Source: Paraspadella gotoi (taxonomy: Eukaryota; Animalia; Chaetognatha). From it: a stretch of DNA of 64,000 nt. The notes below the pieces were generated by a model. It was not told where the DNA came from and made no database searches. It worked only from the letters and a program-made list of their open reading frames with translations. Both the position numbers and the translations under genes were made by a program. This document shows, piece by piece, positions 63,435 through 64,000 of the stretch; the first letter of the stretch is position 1; every line of letters starts with the position of its first letter. Location of the stretch: assembly GCA_051294375.1 (NCBI GenBank), contig CM119270.1, positions 19,727,741 through 19,791,740 on the forward strand. Reading direction: 5' to 3'.

Positions 63435-64000
63435 AACTGCGTGGGTGTGGACGGGCGCGAGAGGATGAGGAGGCATTCTTGTAATTCTTATGGGAGAATG
63501 AAGAGCGAGGGTGATTGGAAGAGCGTGGAGAAGAACGAGTGCCCGGGGTGAGGGAACTCGCCCTTTTGGGCTTAGGCGGGCGGGTAAGGGGCGAGGGTGA
63601 GGTCGCTGCGGGGTAAAAGAAAAAGGAGGCAGAAAAATAAAATAGAAATAAAAATAAAAAAATGAAAAAGAAAAGAGAAATAAAAAAGGAAAAAGGAGGC
63701 AGAAAAAGAAAAGAGAAATAAAAAAGAAAAAAGAAAAGGAAAAGAAATTTAAAAAAGAAAAAAAGAAAAAAAAAGAGAAATAAAAAAGAAAAAAGAAAAG
63801 AGAAATAAAAAAGAAAAAAGCAAAAACAAAAAAAAAGGAAAATGGAGGCAGAAAAAGAAAAGAGAAATAAAAAAGGAAAAAAAGAGAAATAAAAAAGGAA
63901 AAAGGAGGCAGAAAAAAAAAAGAGAAATAAAAAAGGAAAATGAAGGCGGAGGAAAATCGTTGACCCCATGAAGAGAATTCGACGACCGAGAAAAGTGATG

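Noticed and set aside
62880-63560. GC-rich exon-like islands (RNDVLVRGP|gtaag; …KSVEKNECPG|gtgag)
   Set aside because: No recognisable product or consistent gene model within the window; they may belong to a gene continuing past the right edge.

Overview
Eukaryotic, most likely invertebrate metazoan, scaffold: AT-rich, GT-AG introns, very dense (AG)n and other simple repeats, N gaps, and stretches of indel-rich sequence (about 3.3-5.5 kb and 25-36 kb). Almost all ORFs in the supplied track are microsatellite artefacts. Genes I could reconstruct by hand: calcineurin B (minus, 4 coding exons, 57181-59618), a single-LIM CRIP protein (minus, 48400-49275), and a 4-exon F-BAR-like coiled-coil protein with a 36-aa tyrosine-containing tandem repeat (plus, 7514-12298). 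Less securely: a fragmented, partly duplicated XK-related membrane-protein gene (1.35-5.5 kb) and a divergent homeobox gene (22.4 kb plus 30.0-30.5 kb). Mobile DNA includes two copies of a MITE with 8-9 bp TSD, two TTAA-flanked (Kolobok-like) MITEs, a Helentron-associated-like element, a Tc1/mariner relic, a tRNA-headed SINE family and a CCA-tailed tRNA-Lys retrocopy. The best leads are: a complete minimal hammerhead ribozyme with two partial relatives; a tandem array of copies of the calcineurin B exon-end plus splice donor; and an in-frame ITIM-like extension (…DDIYAEI*) behind the TAG stop of the F-BAR-like gene. I see no single convincing new multi-gene system. All family assignments come from motif recognition without database searches.
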